Shown here: piece by piece, positions 35,888 through 45,815 of the stretch | Layout of the letters: the number at the start of each line of letters is the position of its first letter | How positions within the stretch are numbered: the stretch's first letter is position 1 | NCBI GenBank assembly: GCA_964576115.1 | Contig: CAZNUA010000003.1 | Coordinates: forward strand, 15,116-79,115 | DNA: 64,000 nucleotides | Reading direction: 5' to 3' | DNA from: an uncultured Gemmatimonadota bacterium | Lineage (GTDB): Bacteria; Blakebacterota; Blakebacteria; Blakebacterales; Blakebacteraceae | Made by a program: the position numbers and the translations under genes | Notes under the pieces: generated by a model | Database searches by the model: none | Told to the model about the DNA's origin: nothing | What the model saw: only the letters and a program-made list of their open reading frames with translations

Positions 35888-36742
35888 ATGGCGGGTCTGG
35901 CCCTGGGCAGTCATGTATCGGTGGCCGGCGGTGTGTCCCGGTCTTTCGAGCGGGCCGAGTACTACGGGTGCGAGGTGATGCAGATCTTCGTCAAGAACAA
36001 CAACCGCTGGCGGAGCCCGCCTTTGCGCGATGAAGAGGTCGAACGCTTCGCCGCCGAACGCAAACGCACCGGTATATGGCCTGTCCTGGCCCATAATACA
36101 TATCTGGTGAATCTGGCCAGCGCCGATTCCGCCATCCGGGAACGCTCGGTTGCCTGCACGGTAGATGAACTCGAGCGCTGCCATCGGCTCGGTCTGCCCT
36201 GGCTCGTCCTCCACCCCGGAGCCCACGGGGGGGCCGGGCCGGCCAGGGGGATCGAGCGGATCGCCGCCGCCGTCGGCCGTGTCCTCGACCGCACGCCACA
36301 CATCACGACCCGCCTCCTCTTTGAAACCACCGCCGGAGCGGGAACTCTGCTCGGCGCCACCGCGGCCGAGCTGGCTGCCATTCTCGCGGCCGTCGATGCC
36401 GATGAACGTACCGGTGTCTGCCTGGACACCTGCCATATTTTTGCGGCCGGTTACGAGCTGCGTTCGGCCGACGGGTACGAAGCGACCTGGACGGAGTTCG
36501 ACACCCGGATCGGTCTGGAGCGGATCCCGGCCCTGCATCTCAATGACAGTCTCAAGCCCCGCGGTTCGCGGCGGGATCGCCATGCGCATATCGGCGAAGG
36601 GGAGATCGGCGAGGCGGGATTTGAGCGGCTCATGACCGATCCGCGCCTGCGGACGATCCCCAAGATACTCGAGACTCCGAAAGAGGGTGACGCAGATCTG
36701 CGCAATCTGGCTCGACTACGGCGCCTGGCCGGAATCGAATGA
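35888..36742 (+). CDS. nfo: Endonuclease IV (AP endonuclease family 2)
   Basis: HVSVAGG...HNTYLVNLAS...LVLHPGAH...CLDTCHIFAAGY, the Nfo TIM-barrel zinc-site pattern. Start at the ATG at 35888. Confidence 0.85.
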   Translation: MAGLALGSHVSVAGGVSRSFERAEYYGCEVMQIFVKNNNRWRSPPLRDEEVERFAAERKRTGIWPVLAHNTYLVNLASADSAIRERSVACTVDELERCHRLGLPWLVLHPGAHGGAGPARGIERIAAAVGRVLDRTPHITTRLLFETTAGAGTLLGATAAELAAILAAVDADERTGVCLDTCHIFAAGYELRSADGYEATWTEFDTRIGLERIPALHLNDSLKPRGSRRDRHAHIGEGEIGEAGFERLMTDPRLRTIPKILETPKEGDADLRNLARLRRLAGIE

Positions 36743-36935
36743 AGAGGGCGGGGTGAAACTGCCGCGTGTTTCGAATGGTCACGGAATCTGTGTAACCTCC
36801 TGCAGAGAAATACCGTACTTTCCGTATGTCCGCTTTCGGGACGCCTTTATGCGCAGGCGGACATGACCGATTGCGCCGGGAGAGGGTGGTGGTAGCGGTC
36901 GGCCCGGCCGCTCCGGCAAAGTGAGCCGGATACGG

Positions 36936-36953
36936 GCTTGGCACGGTTTCTGC
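36936..36953 (+). promoter_or_regulatory. Candidate sigma-54 promoter CTTGGCACGGTTTCTGCT (GG-N10-GC) ~110 bp upstream of the efflux operon
   Basis: One mismatch (CTGCT vs TTGCW) to the sigma-54 consensus TGGCACG-N4-TTGCW (-24/-12), oriented toward the HlyD-family gene. A sigma-54 activator is encoded at the end of the same gene block. Confidence 0.45.
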
Positions 36954-37061
36954 TCTTTCTCATCATCACCAGGGTAGTACATGACGACAGGGATCTTTCC
37001 GATCGTGTGAAGGATCTCGAGGCTGAGAAAGAGACACGCAACGTGGGGGAGGTCGGGTTCA

Positions 37062-38312
37062 GTGGATATTCCGCGAGAGCCGAAGAGTAAAAAATCGAAA
37101 TACATCTGGATAACGCTGGCCGTTATTGCGGTGGTGGCGATCACAATCGGTCTGCGCAGTCTCGAACCGGCGGCTCCGACAGTCGATGGAGCCCTGATCT
37201 GGACCGATATCGTCAAGCGGGGGCCGATGCTGCGCCAGGTACGGGGCAGCGGGAACCTGCGCCCGAAGAACATTCTCCATGTGTCCGCCGTTACCGGCGG
37301 GAAGGTCGAGGATGTTCTGGTCGAACCGGGGGCCGAAGTCGAGCCCGATGACGTTCTGCTCATCATGAGCAATCCCGATGTGGAACTGAACGCGCTGGAA
37401 GCCAACCAGCAGCTGGTGGCCGCCGAGGCCAACCTGGCCAATCTGCGCGGCACCCTGGAGACCAACCGGCTGAACCAGGAAGCCAGCGTCGAACGCACCC
37501 GCAACCAGCTCCGTGACGCCCAGCGCACGCTCGAATCCTACAATGCCGCCCGTGAAGAGGTGGCCCGCAACGACCTGGAGCGCACCCAGGACGAGGTCAA
37601 TTTCCTCACCACCCAGCTCGAGATCGAGCAGCGCGCCCTCGATATCATGAATGAGGGCAATCAGCGCACCATTGCGGCCGAGGAATCTCGGGTGGCCAGG
37701 CTGCGCGAGCTGGCCGAGTTCCAGCAGAGCCGGGTCGAGGCCCTGCACGTGCGGGCCGGATCGGAGGGGATCGTACGCGAACTCAATCCCGAAAAGGGCG
37801 AGTGGGTCGGAACGGGACAGGAGCTGGGTATCATCATCCAGCCCGGCGAGCTCGAAGCGGTGGTCAACATCCCCGAAGTACAGGCCAAAGACGTCATTAT
37901 CGGGCAGGAAGCCACGGTGGACACCCGCACCCAGGGGGGACGTGAAATCCCCGGGCGGGTGACCCGTATCGATCCGGCCGCCACAGGCGGACTGGTACCG
38001 GTCGACATCGAGATCCTGGGTGAACTGCCCGATGGCGTGCGGGCCGACATCAGCATCGAGGGTATCATCACCATCGAGCGGCTCGACAACGTCCTCTACA
38101 TGAGCCGACCCACGGTGGGCCAGGCCAACAGCCGGGTGGGGATGTTCAAGCTGGTGGACGACGGGCAGTACGCCGTGCGCATCACGGTTGAAATCGGACA
38201 GACGTCAGTAAACAGTATCGAGATCCGCGGCGGGCTCGAGGAGGACGACGAAGTCATCCTCTCCGATATGGCCCGCTGGGACGAGTACGATCGTGTGAGG
38301 ATCAGACGATAG
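37062..38312 (+). CDS. Efflux periplasmic adaptor protein (HlyD/MacA-like membrane fusion protein)
   Basis: N-terminal TM anchor, a biotinyl/lipoyl-like hairpin (VEPDDVLLIMSNPDVE), a long coiled coil and a beta-barrel C-terminus. Confidence 0.8.
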   Translation: MDIPREPKSKKSKYIWITLAVIAVVAITIGLRSLEPAAPTVDGALIWTDIVKRGPMLRQVRGSGNLRPKNILHVSAVTGGKVEDVLVEPGAEVEPDDVLLIMSNPDVELNALEANQQLVAAEANLANLRGTLETNRLNQEASVERTRNQLRDAQRTLESYNAAREEVARNDLERTQDEVNFLTTQLEIEQRALDIMNEGNQRTIAAEESRVARLRELAEFQQSRVEALHVRAGSEGIVRELNPEKGEWVGTGQELGIIIQPGELEAVVNIPEVQAKDVIIGQEATVDTRTQGGREIPGRVTRIDPAATGGLVPVDIEILGELPDGVRADISIEGIITIERLDNVLYMSRPTVGQANSRVGMFKLVDDGQYAVRITVEIGQTSVNSIEIRGGLEEDDEVILSDMARWDEYDRVRIRR

Positions 38313-38347
38313 ATCCTTGGTAAAGAGGAAAACGGGAAAGGAACATC

Positions 38348-39085
38348 ATGGACAACGTTTCGAAACAGCCTCTGATCCGACTGGAGGGCGTCAGCAAGGT
38401 CTTCTACACCGAAGAAGTGGAGACCCACGCCCTGAACAACATCAACCTGGAAATTCAGTCGGGTGAGTACGTCGCCGTGGCGGGCCCCTCGGGGTGCGGC
38501 AAGACGACCATGCTCTCCATTCTCGGACTGCTCGACACGCCGACCGAGGGAACCTACCTTCTCGACGGCGATCCGGTGCAGAACCTGACCCTGGCCCAGC
38601 GGGCGCGAATCCGCAACCAGGCCATCGGCTTCATCTTCCAGGCCTACAACCTGATCGGCGACCTGACCGTCTTCGAGAACGTCGAGCTGCCGCTGACCTA
38701 CCGCGGCATGCCCTCGGCCGAGCGCAAGAAGCGGGTCCAGGAATCGCTCGAGCGGGTCGGCATGGCTCATCGCATGAAGCACTACCCCTCGCAGCTCTCC
38801 GGAGGTCAGCAGCAGCGGGTCGCGGTAGCCCGGGCGATCGCCGGCCGGCCGCTGATTCTGCTCGCCGACGAGCCGACCGGTAACCTCGACTCGACCAACG
38901 GTGAGGCCGTCATGGATCTGCTCGACGAGCTGCACCGTGAGGGCGCCACCATCTGCATGGTGACGCACGACCCGCGCTACGCGCACCACGCCAAGCGTTC
39001 GGTCAACCTCTTCGACGGTCAGATCGTGGAAGAGAAGAACGGGGAAAAGGTCACGCAGCTCGAAGAGAGCGGCTTCGACATCTGA
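38348..39085 (+). CDS. ABC transporter ATP-binding protein (MacB/LolD-type), paralog 1
   Basis: Walker [10 protein letters not shown], signature [14 protein letters not shown], Walker [13 protein letters not shown] and H-loop VTHD. Confidence 0.85.
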   Translation: MDNVSKQPLIRLEGVSKVFYTEEVETHALNNINLEIQSGEYVAVAGPSGCGKTTMLSILGLLDTPTEGTYLLDGDPVQNLTLAQRARIRNQAIGFIFQAYNLIGDLTVFENVELPLTYRGMPSAERKKRVQESLERVGMAHRMKHYPSQLSGGQQQRVAVARAIAGRPLILLADEPTGNLDSTNGEAVMDLLDELHREGATICMVTHDPRYAHHAKRSVNLFDGQIVEEKNGEKVTQLEESGFDI

Positions 39086-39244
39086 GCCACGCTTTCCTCT
39101 TCCCGTACCTGCCTCCGTTGGGGATATTTCCTCCCGACCGGAGTGAGCAGGTCGCCTGATCCGTTGCCGGCTGGAGCGGTGCGGTGGGTGTCCCGCCGCA
39201 CCGTTTCTTTCACCGGCATATAACCACCGGCAAGGCTGTCAGCC

Positions 39245-39919
39245 ATGATTACCGTCAGAGACCTCGAGAAGTACTACCAGACCGGTCCGACCAAGACGTT
39301 CGTCCTGCGCCGGATCAACCTCGATGTGGGCGAGGGCGATTTCATCACGGTGATGGGACCGTCGGGATCGGGGAAGACGACCCTGTTGAGTATCCTCGGT
39401 ATGCTCGACGGAGAATGGAACGGAGAGTACTACTTCGTGGGGCACGAAGTTCACCGCATGAAACCGAAGGACCGCGCGGCTCTGAACAAACAGTACATCG
39501 GTTTCGTGTTCCAGCAATACCACCTGCTCGACAGTCTGACCGTCTACGAAAACCTCGAGATTCCGCTCTCCTACAGGAACATCAAGCACGCCAAGCGGGC
39601 GGGGATGGTGGCCGATATCCTCGATCGCTTCCAGATCGTCGGCAAGAAGGACCTCTATCCCAGCCAGCTCTCCGGCGGCCAGCAGCAGCTGGTAGCCGTG
39701 GCCCGGGCCGTGATCGCCTCGCCGAAGCTGATCCTGGCCGACGAACCGACCGGGAACCTGCATTCGCGGCAGGGTAAAGAAGTCATGGACCTCCTGAAGC
39801 GGCTCAACGAAGACGGCACGACGATCATACAGGTGACCCACAACGAGAAGTGGGCCGCATACGGGAACCGGATCATCAACCTCTTCGATGGCTGGATCGT
39901 CGACGAGCCGCGTGGCTGA
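39245..39919 (+). CDS. ABC transporter ATP-binding protein (MacB/LolD-type), paralog 2
   Basis: Walker [36 protein letters not shown] and VTHN. Roughly 45% identical to paralog 1 by eye. Confidence 0.85.
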   Translation: MITVRDLEKYYQTGPTKTFVLRRINLDVGEGDFITVMGPSGSGKTTLLSILGMLDGEWNGEYYFVGHEVHRMKPKDRAALNKQYIGFVFQQYHLLDSLTVYENLEIPLSYRNIKHAKRAGMVADILDRFQIVGKKDLYPSQLSGGQQQLVAVARAVIASPKLILADEPTGNLHSRQGKEVMDLLKRLNEDGTTIIQVTHNEKWAAYGNRIINLFDGWIVDEPRG

Positions 39920-40302
39920 TCCCGACTGTTTCTGATTGCCTCCTTCCGGGCGGAGCTGCCTCGTTCCGTCCGTCACCGGGACGCCCCGTCCCGACAGCGG
40001 ACACTTCCAGCCTCCCGGGGATCGCGATCCTTTCCGTTCGGATGTCGTCCCCGGTGCATCCGCGGGGCGTGAGCCCGTTGGCATGCCCTTTGCGTTATCT
40101 CCGGTTCAGCTGTCGTGCTGCAGATTGACACGCACGAACCGGAAATCCCCACTGGCCGGCGAGTTCGAGGCCGGCGCGCGAACCCTCACGGGGTGAGGTT
40201 TCGTATTAGAGAAGAGCGATATGGCCCATTGCCGCATCGCGTTACAGACATCACATGCAGTGGGGGGAATTCCTCATGATCGGTGCAGTTGGTTATCAAG
40301 AA

Positions 40303-41949
40303 ATGATGAAGACGATGGCTGAAAAAATCAGACTCCTGCTTCTGGGAACGCTGCTCCTGGTGGCATTACCGGTCGGGCAGGAGCGGGCCGGGGCCCAGCA
40401 GGTCGGGGGTGACACAATGGCGCCAAGCCAGGGGATCTTCACCCGCGATCAGGCCGACCTGGTGCTGACTCTCGACCAGGCTGTCGACCTGTCACTCGAG
40501 AGATCGTTCACAGTGTATAACCTCGGGCAGCAGTACCTGCAGACAAACTACCTGGTCGAGAATGCACGCCGCCAGCTGCGGACCAGGATCAATTTCGATT
40601 CCACCCTGCCCGGGATCACCCAGATGATCACCCCCGACCTGATCAGCGACGGGATGGGAGGTCAGGAACTGATCTTCCTGCGTGACAGCCAGAGCTGGGT
40701 CTATTCCGAAATAAACATCGTCCAGCCGTTGATCACCAACGGCTGGCTGCAGCTCTCGACCGGCCTGGTCGGCTTCGATGTCTTCCGTGAACTGCCCAAC
40801 ATGAATGTCGAGTCCCGTTCAGTCCAGCCCTCGGTCGGGGTGCAGTTCAACCAGCCCCTTTTCCAGTACAACCAGGTCCGGGGAACCCTGCGGAGCGCCT
40901 CGCTGTCCTTCGAGAGCCTCGACCTGCGCTACACCGAGGACGAGCTGCGCACCATCAACGATGTCAGCCAGCAGTACTACAACCTCTATGCCCAGCAGGA
41001 GGCGGTCCGGCTGGCCGATGAGCGCTACCGGCAGAGCGAACGCAACTACCAGTCCGGGCAGCGGCGTCTGGAAGCCGGCCTTTTAGCCGAAACCGACGTG
41101 ATGCAGCTCAGCGTGACCCGCATGAACGACCTTGATGCACTCGAGACGGCCATGAACCAGCTCGAGCAGGCCCAGTTCGCTTTCAACCGGATGGTCGGAC
41201 TGCCCCTCGACCAGCAGGTCTGGGCCGAAGCCCGCCAGGAGTACGAACCGATCGCGGTGGATCTCGAGCGCGCCCTCGAGCTGGCCTTCCAGAACCGGAG
41301 CGACCTGCGGCGCTCCGAGATCAGCCGCGAACAGCTCGACCTGACCCTGCGCCAGACCCGGAGCGACGGGCGACCCGACCTGCAGCTCAACATCGGCTAC
41401 GATCTGACCGGAAACTCCTCTCTGACCGCTCTGCCGACCCAGAGCTGGTACACCCACCTGCAGGAATCGCTCGATCCCGAGAACCGCAGTCCCAACACCA
41501 ATATCTCGATGACTCTCTCGATCCCCCTCTTCGACTGGGGACGCAACCGCTCCATGGTCGAGCGCATCCGCTCCCAGATCCAGGTTGCCGAGCGGCAGAT
41601 CGAGGAGACCGAACAGGAACTGATCCGGACCGTGACCGACCGGGTGCGGGCGGTCGAAACCGCCATGCGCCGGCTCCAGATCCAGGAGGAGAACGTCCAG
41701 GTCGCGCAGACCTCTTTCGATTTCGCGGTGCGGCGGTTCGACCGGGGTGAGATGACCACCACCGAGCTGGCCCGGGCCCAGGACCAGCTCTCCCAGACCC
41801 TGAACAACCGTCTCAATGCCTGGATCTCATTCGAAATGGCCAAGGCCGACCTGAAAGAGATCACCCTCTGGGATTGGGAGACCAACACCTCGGCCCAGCG
41901 CCGGACCGCGCCGCCCGAGCCCTTCGGCTGGCGGCGCAACGGAGGATAG
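40303..41949 (+). CDS. TolC-family outer-membrane channel
   Basis: Signal peptide KIRLLLLGTLLLVALPVGQERAGAQ and duplicated TolC repeats. Confidence 0.75.
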   Translation: MMKTMAEKIRLLLLGTLLLVALPVGQERAGAQQVGGDTMAPSQGIFTRDQADLVLTLDQAVDLSLERSFTVYNLGQQYLQTNYLVENARRQLRTRINFDSTLPGITQMITPDLISDGMGGQELIFLRDSQSWVYSEINIVQPLITNGWLQLSTGLVGFDVFRELPNMNVESRSVQPSVGVQFNQPLFQYNQVRGTLRSASLSFESLDLRYTEDELRTINDVSQQYYNLYAQQEAVRLADERYRQSERNYQSGQRRLEAGLLAETDVMQLSVTRMNDLDALETAMNQLEQAQFAFNRMVGLPLDQQVWAEARQEYEPIAVDLERALELAFQNRSDLRRSEISREQLDLTLRQTRSDGRPDLQLNIGYDLTGNSSLTALPTQSWYTHLQESLDPENRSPNTNISMTLSIPLFDWGRNRSMVERIRSQIQVAERQIEETEQELIRTVTDRVRAVETAMRRLQIQEENVQVAQTSFDFAVRRFDRGEMTTTELARAQDQLSQTLNNRLNAWISFEMAKADLKEITLWDWETNTSAQRRTAPPEPFGWRRNGG

Positions 41950-41959
41950 GAGACAGAAC

Positions 41960-44398
41960 ATGGATGCCATCCGCCAGGACGTGCGCTTCGGTCTTCGCTC
42001 GCTCATCCGCCGACCCGATGTCACTCTTCTCGCCGTCCTGGCGCTCGGCCTGGGGATCGGGGCCTCGACCTCGATCTTCAGCGTCGTCAACAGCGTCCTG
42101 CTGCGCCCCCTGCCGTACGATTCGCCCGAGCGTCTGGTGACCGTATCCGAGCCCGGCGATGGTCAGGACCAGGCCGCGACTTCACCTCTCAATTATCTCG
42201 ACTGGCGCGACCAATCCACCACCCTGGAGTACCTGGCGGGCCACCGCGACCACCATTTCAACATCCTCACCGGAAACGAGCCGGAGCGGATCCGGGGTAC
42301 CAGCGTCTCGCCCTGTTTTTTCGATGTCTTCGGGATCGAGGCGGCCCGGGGACGGGTCTTCCATGAGGGGGAAGGCGAGGCCGAGGCCGTGGCGGTTCTG
42401 CGGCACCGCTTCTGGGTCACCCGTTTCGGGGCCGATCCCGACATCATCGGCTCCGAGATCATCCTCAACGACCGTACCCACACCATCATCGGGGTCATGC
42501 CGGAATCCTTCACCTATCCGGCCCGCACCAATCTCTGGGTCCGCTCCTATTCCTACGGCGTGCCCGAACCCCCCTTCAATTTCGGCGTGGAGCTGAACGA
42601 GGTGCGGGGTCTGGGGTACTTCGATACCGTGGGGCGCCTGCGCCCGGGCGTCACCGTGGCCGAGGCCGATGCCGAAATGCGGGCCATCGGGGAACGGCTT
42701 TTTACCGAATATGCCGAAAATACCTGTAATAACTCTGCCGGGATCACCCCCCTGCGGGAAATCCTGGTGGGAGATGTGCGCAGCCCCCTGATCGTGCTGG
42801 CCGTGGCGGTCGGTCTGGTCCTGCTCATTGCCTGCGCCAATATCGCCAATCTCCTGCTGGCCAAGGCGGTCGGGCGGGGCCGGGAAATGGCTTTACGCAG
42901 CGCCCTGGGCGCCGGACGGCGCCGACTGCTCCAGCACCTGCTCGTCGAGAGTCTGGTTCTGGCCCTGCTGGGCGGGGGCACCGGTCTGCTGATCGCCCTG
43001 TGGGGAGTCGATCTGCTGACCGGTCTGGGATCCGCTGTCATGGTGCAGCTCACAGGAGTTCAGATCGATAATGCCACCCTTCTCTTCAGCGTGGCTGTCT
43101 CGGTCGGTACCGGAGTGCTCTTCGGGATTCTGCCTGCCCTGACCGCGTCACGGGTCGATCTGCAGTCGGCTCTGCGGGAAGGAGCCATGCAGTTCAGCGA
43201 GGGGCGGAAAAGCCGCCGGCTGCGTCAGGGTCTGGTGGCGGTCGAGGTGGCGCTCGCCCTGATGCTCCTGCTCGGTTCGGCGCTGATGCTCAAGAGCCTG
43301 ATGCGGCTGCAGGCTGTCGATGCCGGTTTCGATCCCGAGGGAGTGGCGGTGGCCCGGGCGCAGCTGCCGACCAGCCGTTACCCGGAAGAGGAGCAGATCA
43401 ATCGTTTCTACGCCGATCTTCTGGAGCGGGCCCGGAACCTGCCGGGAGTCGATCGGGCCGGTCTGGTCATGAGTCTGCCCCTGACCGGTTCGGCGGCATC
43501 GCTCACCTTCACGATCGAAGGTCAACCTCTTCCCGAACCGGGGTACGAACCCGTTTCGCTCTATCAGTGCATCAGCGACGGGTACTTCGAGACAATGCGG
43601 ATTCCCCTGCTGCAGGGGCGGTCCTTTTCCGAACAGGACAACAGAACCGATGCGCCACCGGTGGTTATCATCAACCAGGCCTTCGCCGACGAATTCTACC
43701 CCGAGACCGATCCGCTCGGCCGCCGGCTCTCCTGGGGCGATCCCGCCGACGAGACCAGCTGGCACACGATCGTGGGGATCGTGACCGACACCCATCATTT
43801 CCGACTCGATAGAGGCCCCGAGCCCGAGGCCTTTATTCCCTTCGCGCAGGATCCCTGGAACAGCGCTGCGGTCGTCGCCCGTACCTCGGGCGATCCCCAC
43901 GCCCTGCTGCCCCTGCTGCGGGGAGCGGTGCGCGAGATTGACAGCGACCAGCCGGTCTACGGTCTGATGACGATGCCGGAACGGCTCGGCTCGACCCTGG
44001 CCGACCGACGCTTCGTCATCCTCCTGCTCGGTCTCTTCGCCTCTGTTGCGGCACTGCTTGCAGCGGTGGGCATCTACGGTGTTATCTCGTATACGATCGG
44101 CCAGCGGGTGCGCGAGCTGGGCATCAGGATTACTCTGGGTGCCGGCCGGGGCGAGTTGATTGGAATGGTCCTGAGCCAGGGTATGAGACCGGTCGGGTGG
44201 GGCATCGGAACCGGACTGGTTCTGGCGGCCCTGCTGACAGGACAGCTCAGGAGTCTGCTCTTCAATGTCCGTCCGCTCGACATCACCAGCTTCGCCGGGA
44301 TAACGCTGCTCGTGGCCTTCATAGCGCTGCTGGCGACCGCGGTGCCGGCCTGGCGGACCACGCAGATCGCTCCGACCGAGGCGCTGCGGCACGAATAG
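41960..44398 (+). CDS. MacB-like ABC permease with duplicated MacB-PCD plus FtsX domains (ADOP-type, 812 aa)
   Basis: N-terminal TM segment, then a periplasmic domain. The first FtsX is at ~270-400 and the second at the C-terminus (ISYTIGQRVRELGIRITLGAG...). Confidence 0.8.
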   Translation: MDAIRQDVRFGLRSLIRRPDVTLLAVLALGLGIGASTSIFSVVNSVLLRPLPYDSPERLVTVSEPGDGQDQAATSPLNYLDWRDQSTTLEYLAGHRDHHFNILTGNEPERIRGTSVSPCFFDVFGIEAARGRVFHEGEGEAEAVAVLRHRFWVTRFGADPDIIGSEIILNDRTHTIIGVMPESFTYPARTNLWVRSYSYGVPEPPFNFGVELNEVRGLGYFDTVGRLRPGVTVAEADAEMRAIGERLFTEYAENTCNNSAGITPLREILVGDVRSPLIVLAVAVGLVLLIACANIANLLLAKAVGRGREMALRSALGAGRRRLLQHLLVESLVLALLGGGTGLLIALWGVDLLTGLGSAVMVQLTGVQIDNATLLFSVAVSVGTGVLFGILPALTASRVDLQSALREGAMQFSEGRKSRRLRQGLVAVEVALALMLLLGSALMLKSLMRLQAVDAGFDPEGVAVARAQLPTSRYPEEEQINRFYADLLERARNLPGVDRAGLVMSLPLTGSAASLTFTIEGQPLPEPGYEPVSLYQCISDGYFETMRIPLLQGRSFSEQDNRTDAPPVVIINQAFADEFYPETDPLGRRLSWGDPADETSWHTIVGIVTDTHHFRLDRGPEPEAFIPFAQDPWNSAAVVARTSGDPHALLPLLRGAVREIDSDQPVYGLMTMPERLGSTLADRRFVILLLGLFASVAALLAAVGIYGVISYTIGQRVRELGIRITLGAGRGELIGMVLSQGMRPVGWGIGTGLVLAALLTGQLRSLLFNVRPLDITSFAGITLLVAFIALLATAVPAWRTTQIAPTEALRHE

Positions 44399-44410
44399 GA
44401 AGAGGTCCGC

Positions 44411-45790
44411 GTGGAGAGCGGAAGAGATACTCCCCAGGTACTGATAGCGGACGATCAGCCCGACGTTCTGGAAGCTCTCAAGCTCCTGCTCAAAGCCGAA
44501 GGTTTCTCGACCGAGACGGCGATGTCCCCCGGCGACGTTCTCGCCCGGGCGGGGGAAAGAGCTTTCGACGTGGTTCTGATGGATCTCAATTACACCCGCG
44601 ACACGACGTCGGGACATGAGGGATTCGATCTGCTGACCCGGCTCCACGACGACGATCCCACCCTGCCGGTGATCGTCATGACCGCCTGGAGCAGTGTCGA
44701 GGGAGCGGTCGAGGCGATGCGCCGGGGCGCCCGCGATTACGTCGAGAAACCCTGGGAGAACGCCCGCCTGCTGGCAACCCTGAAGACCCAGATCGAACTG
44801 GGCCGGGCCCTGCGCCGGTCCCGGCGACTGGAGGATGAGAACCGGCTTCTGCGCCGCGAGGGCATCCCCGCCCTGGTCAGCGAATCGCGGCCGATGCAGG
44901 AGGTCGTTCAACTGGCGGCGCGTATCGCGCCTTCCGATGCCAATATCCTGGTAACGGGCGAGCACGGGACCGGCAAGGAAGTCATGGCCCGATGGATCCA
45001 CGCCGCCAGCAACCGGGCCGACCGGCCGCTGATCACCCTCAACGCCGGGGCCCTGCCCGAAGGGCTGGTCGAGTCCGAACTCTTCGGTCACGTCAAAGGT
45101 GCTTTCACCGACGCCCGCACCGACCGGGCCGGCTGCTTCGAACTGGCCGATACCGGTACTCTCTTCCTCGATGAAATCGCCACTGTCCCCCTTGCTCAGC
45201 AGGCCAAACTGCTGCGGGTACTCGAAACCGGAGAAATCAGGCGGGTGGGATCGGAGAAGATGCGGCTGGTCGACGTGCGGGTGATCTCGGCCACCAACGT
45301 CGATCCGGGTGAAGCGATCACCGCCGGCACTTTTCGGGAAGATCTTCTTTATCGACTCAATACCGTCGAACTGCACCTGCCTCCCCTGCGGGAACGACGC
45401 GAAGACATCGGGATTCTGGCCGAAGGCTTCCTGGCTGAACTGAGCGGGCACTACCAGCGGTCGATTACCGGATTCTCCCCCGGGGCGCTCGACCTGATGC
45501 TCGGGCATTGGTGGCCGGGCAACGTGCGCGAACTCCGCCACGCCGTGGAGCGGGCCGTGCTCATGGCCCGGACCGACCGCATCGAAGCCGAGGATCTGAG
45601 CCTCAGCAGATATGGCGAGGGCACTCCCGAACTCGAACGCATGACCCTGGATGAAGTCGAAGAGTTTCTCATTACCCGCGCCCTCGAACGGACCGGGGAG
45701 AACGTGAGCCGGGCGGCTGAAGAGCTGGGTTTGAGCCGCAGCGCTCTCTACCGCAGGCTTCAGCGCTTCGGTCTGCAGGAACCGGAGTGA
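44411..45790 (+). CDS. Sigma-54-dependent response regulator (NtrC family: REC, AAA+ and Fis-type HTH)
   Basis: Receiver DVVLMDLNYTRD. AAA+ Walker A GEHGTGKE, the GAFTDA motif, ESELFGH and the sigma-54 interaction region. C-terminal HTH. GTG start. Confidence 0.85.
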   Translation: MESGRDTPQVLIADDQPDVLEALKLLLKAEGFSTETAMSPGDVLARAGERAFDVVLMDLNYTRDTTSGHEGFDLLTRLHDDDPTLPVIVMTAWSSVEGAVEAMRRGARDYVEKPWENARLLATLKTQIELGRALRRSRRLEDENRLLRREGIPALVSESRPMQEVVQLAARIAPSDANILVTGEHGTGKEVMARWIHAASNRADRPLITLNAGALPEGLVESELFGHVKGAFTDARTDRAGCFELADTGTLFLDEIATVPLAQQAKLLRVLETGEIRRVGSEKMRLVDVRVISATNVDPGEAITAGTFREDLLYRLNTVELHLPPLRERREDIGILAEGFLAELSGHYQRSITGFSPGALDLMLGHWWPGNVRELRHAVERAVLMARTDRIEAEDLSLSRYGEGTPELERMTLDEVEEFLITRALERTGENVSRAAEELGLSRSALYRRLQRFGLQEPE

Positions 45791-45815
45791 ATCCGCCCCC
45801 CGTCGGAATCGGCCC

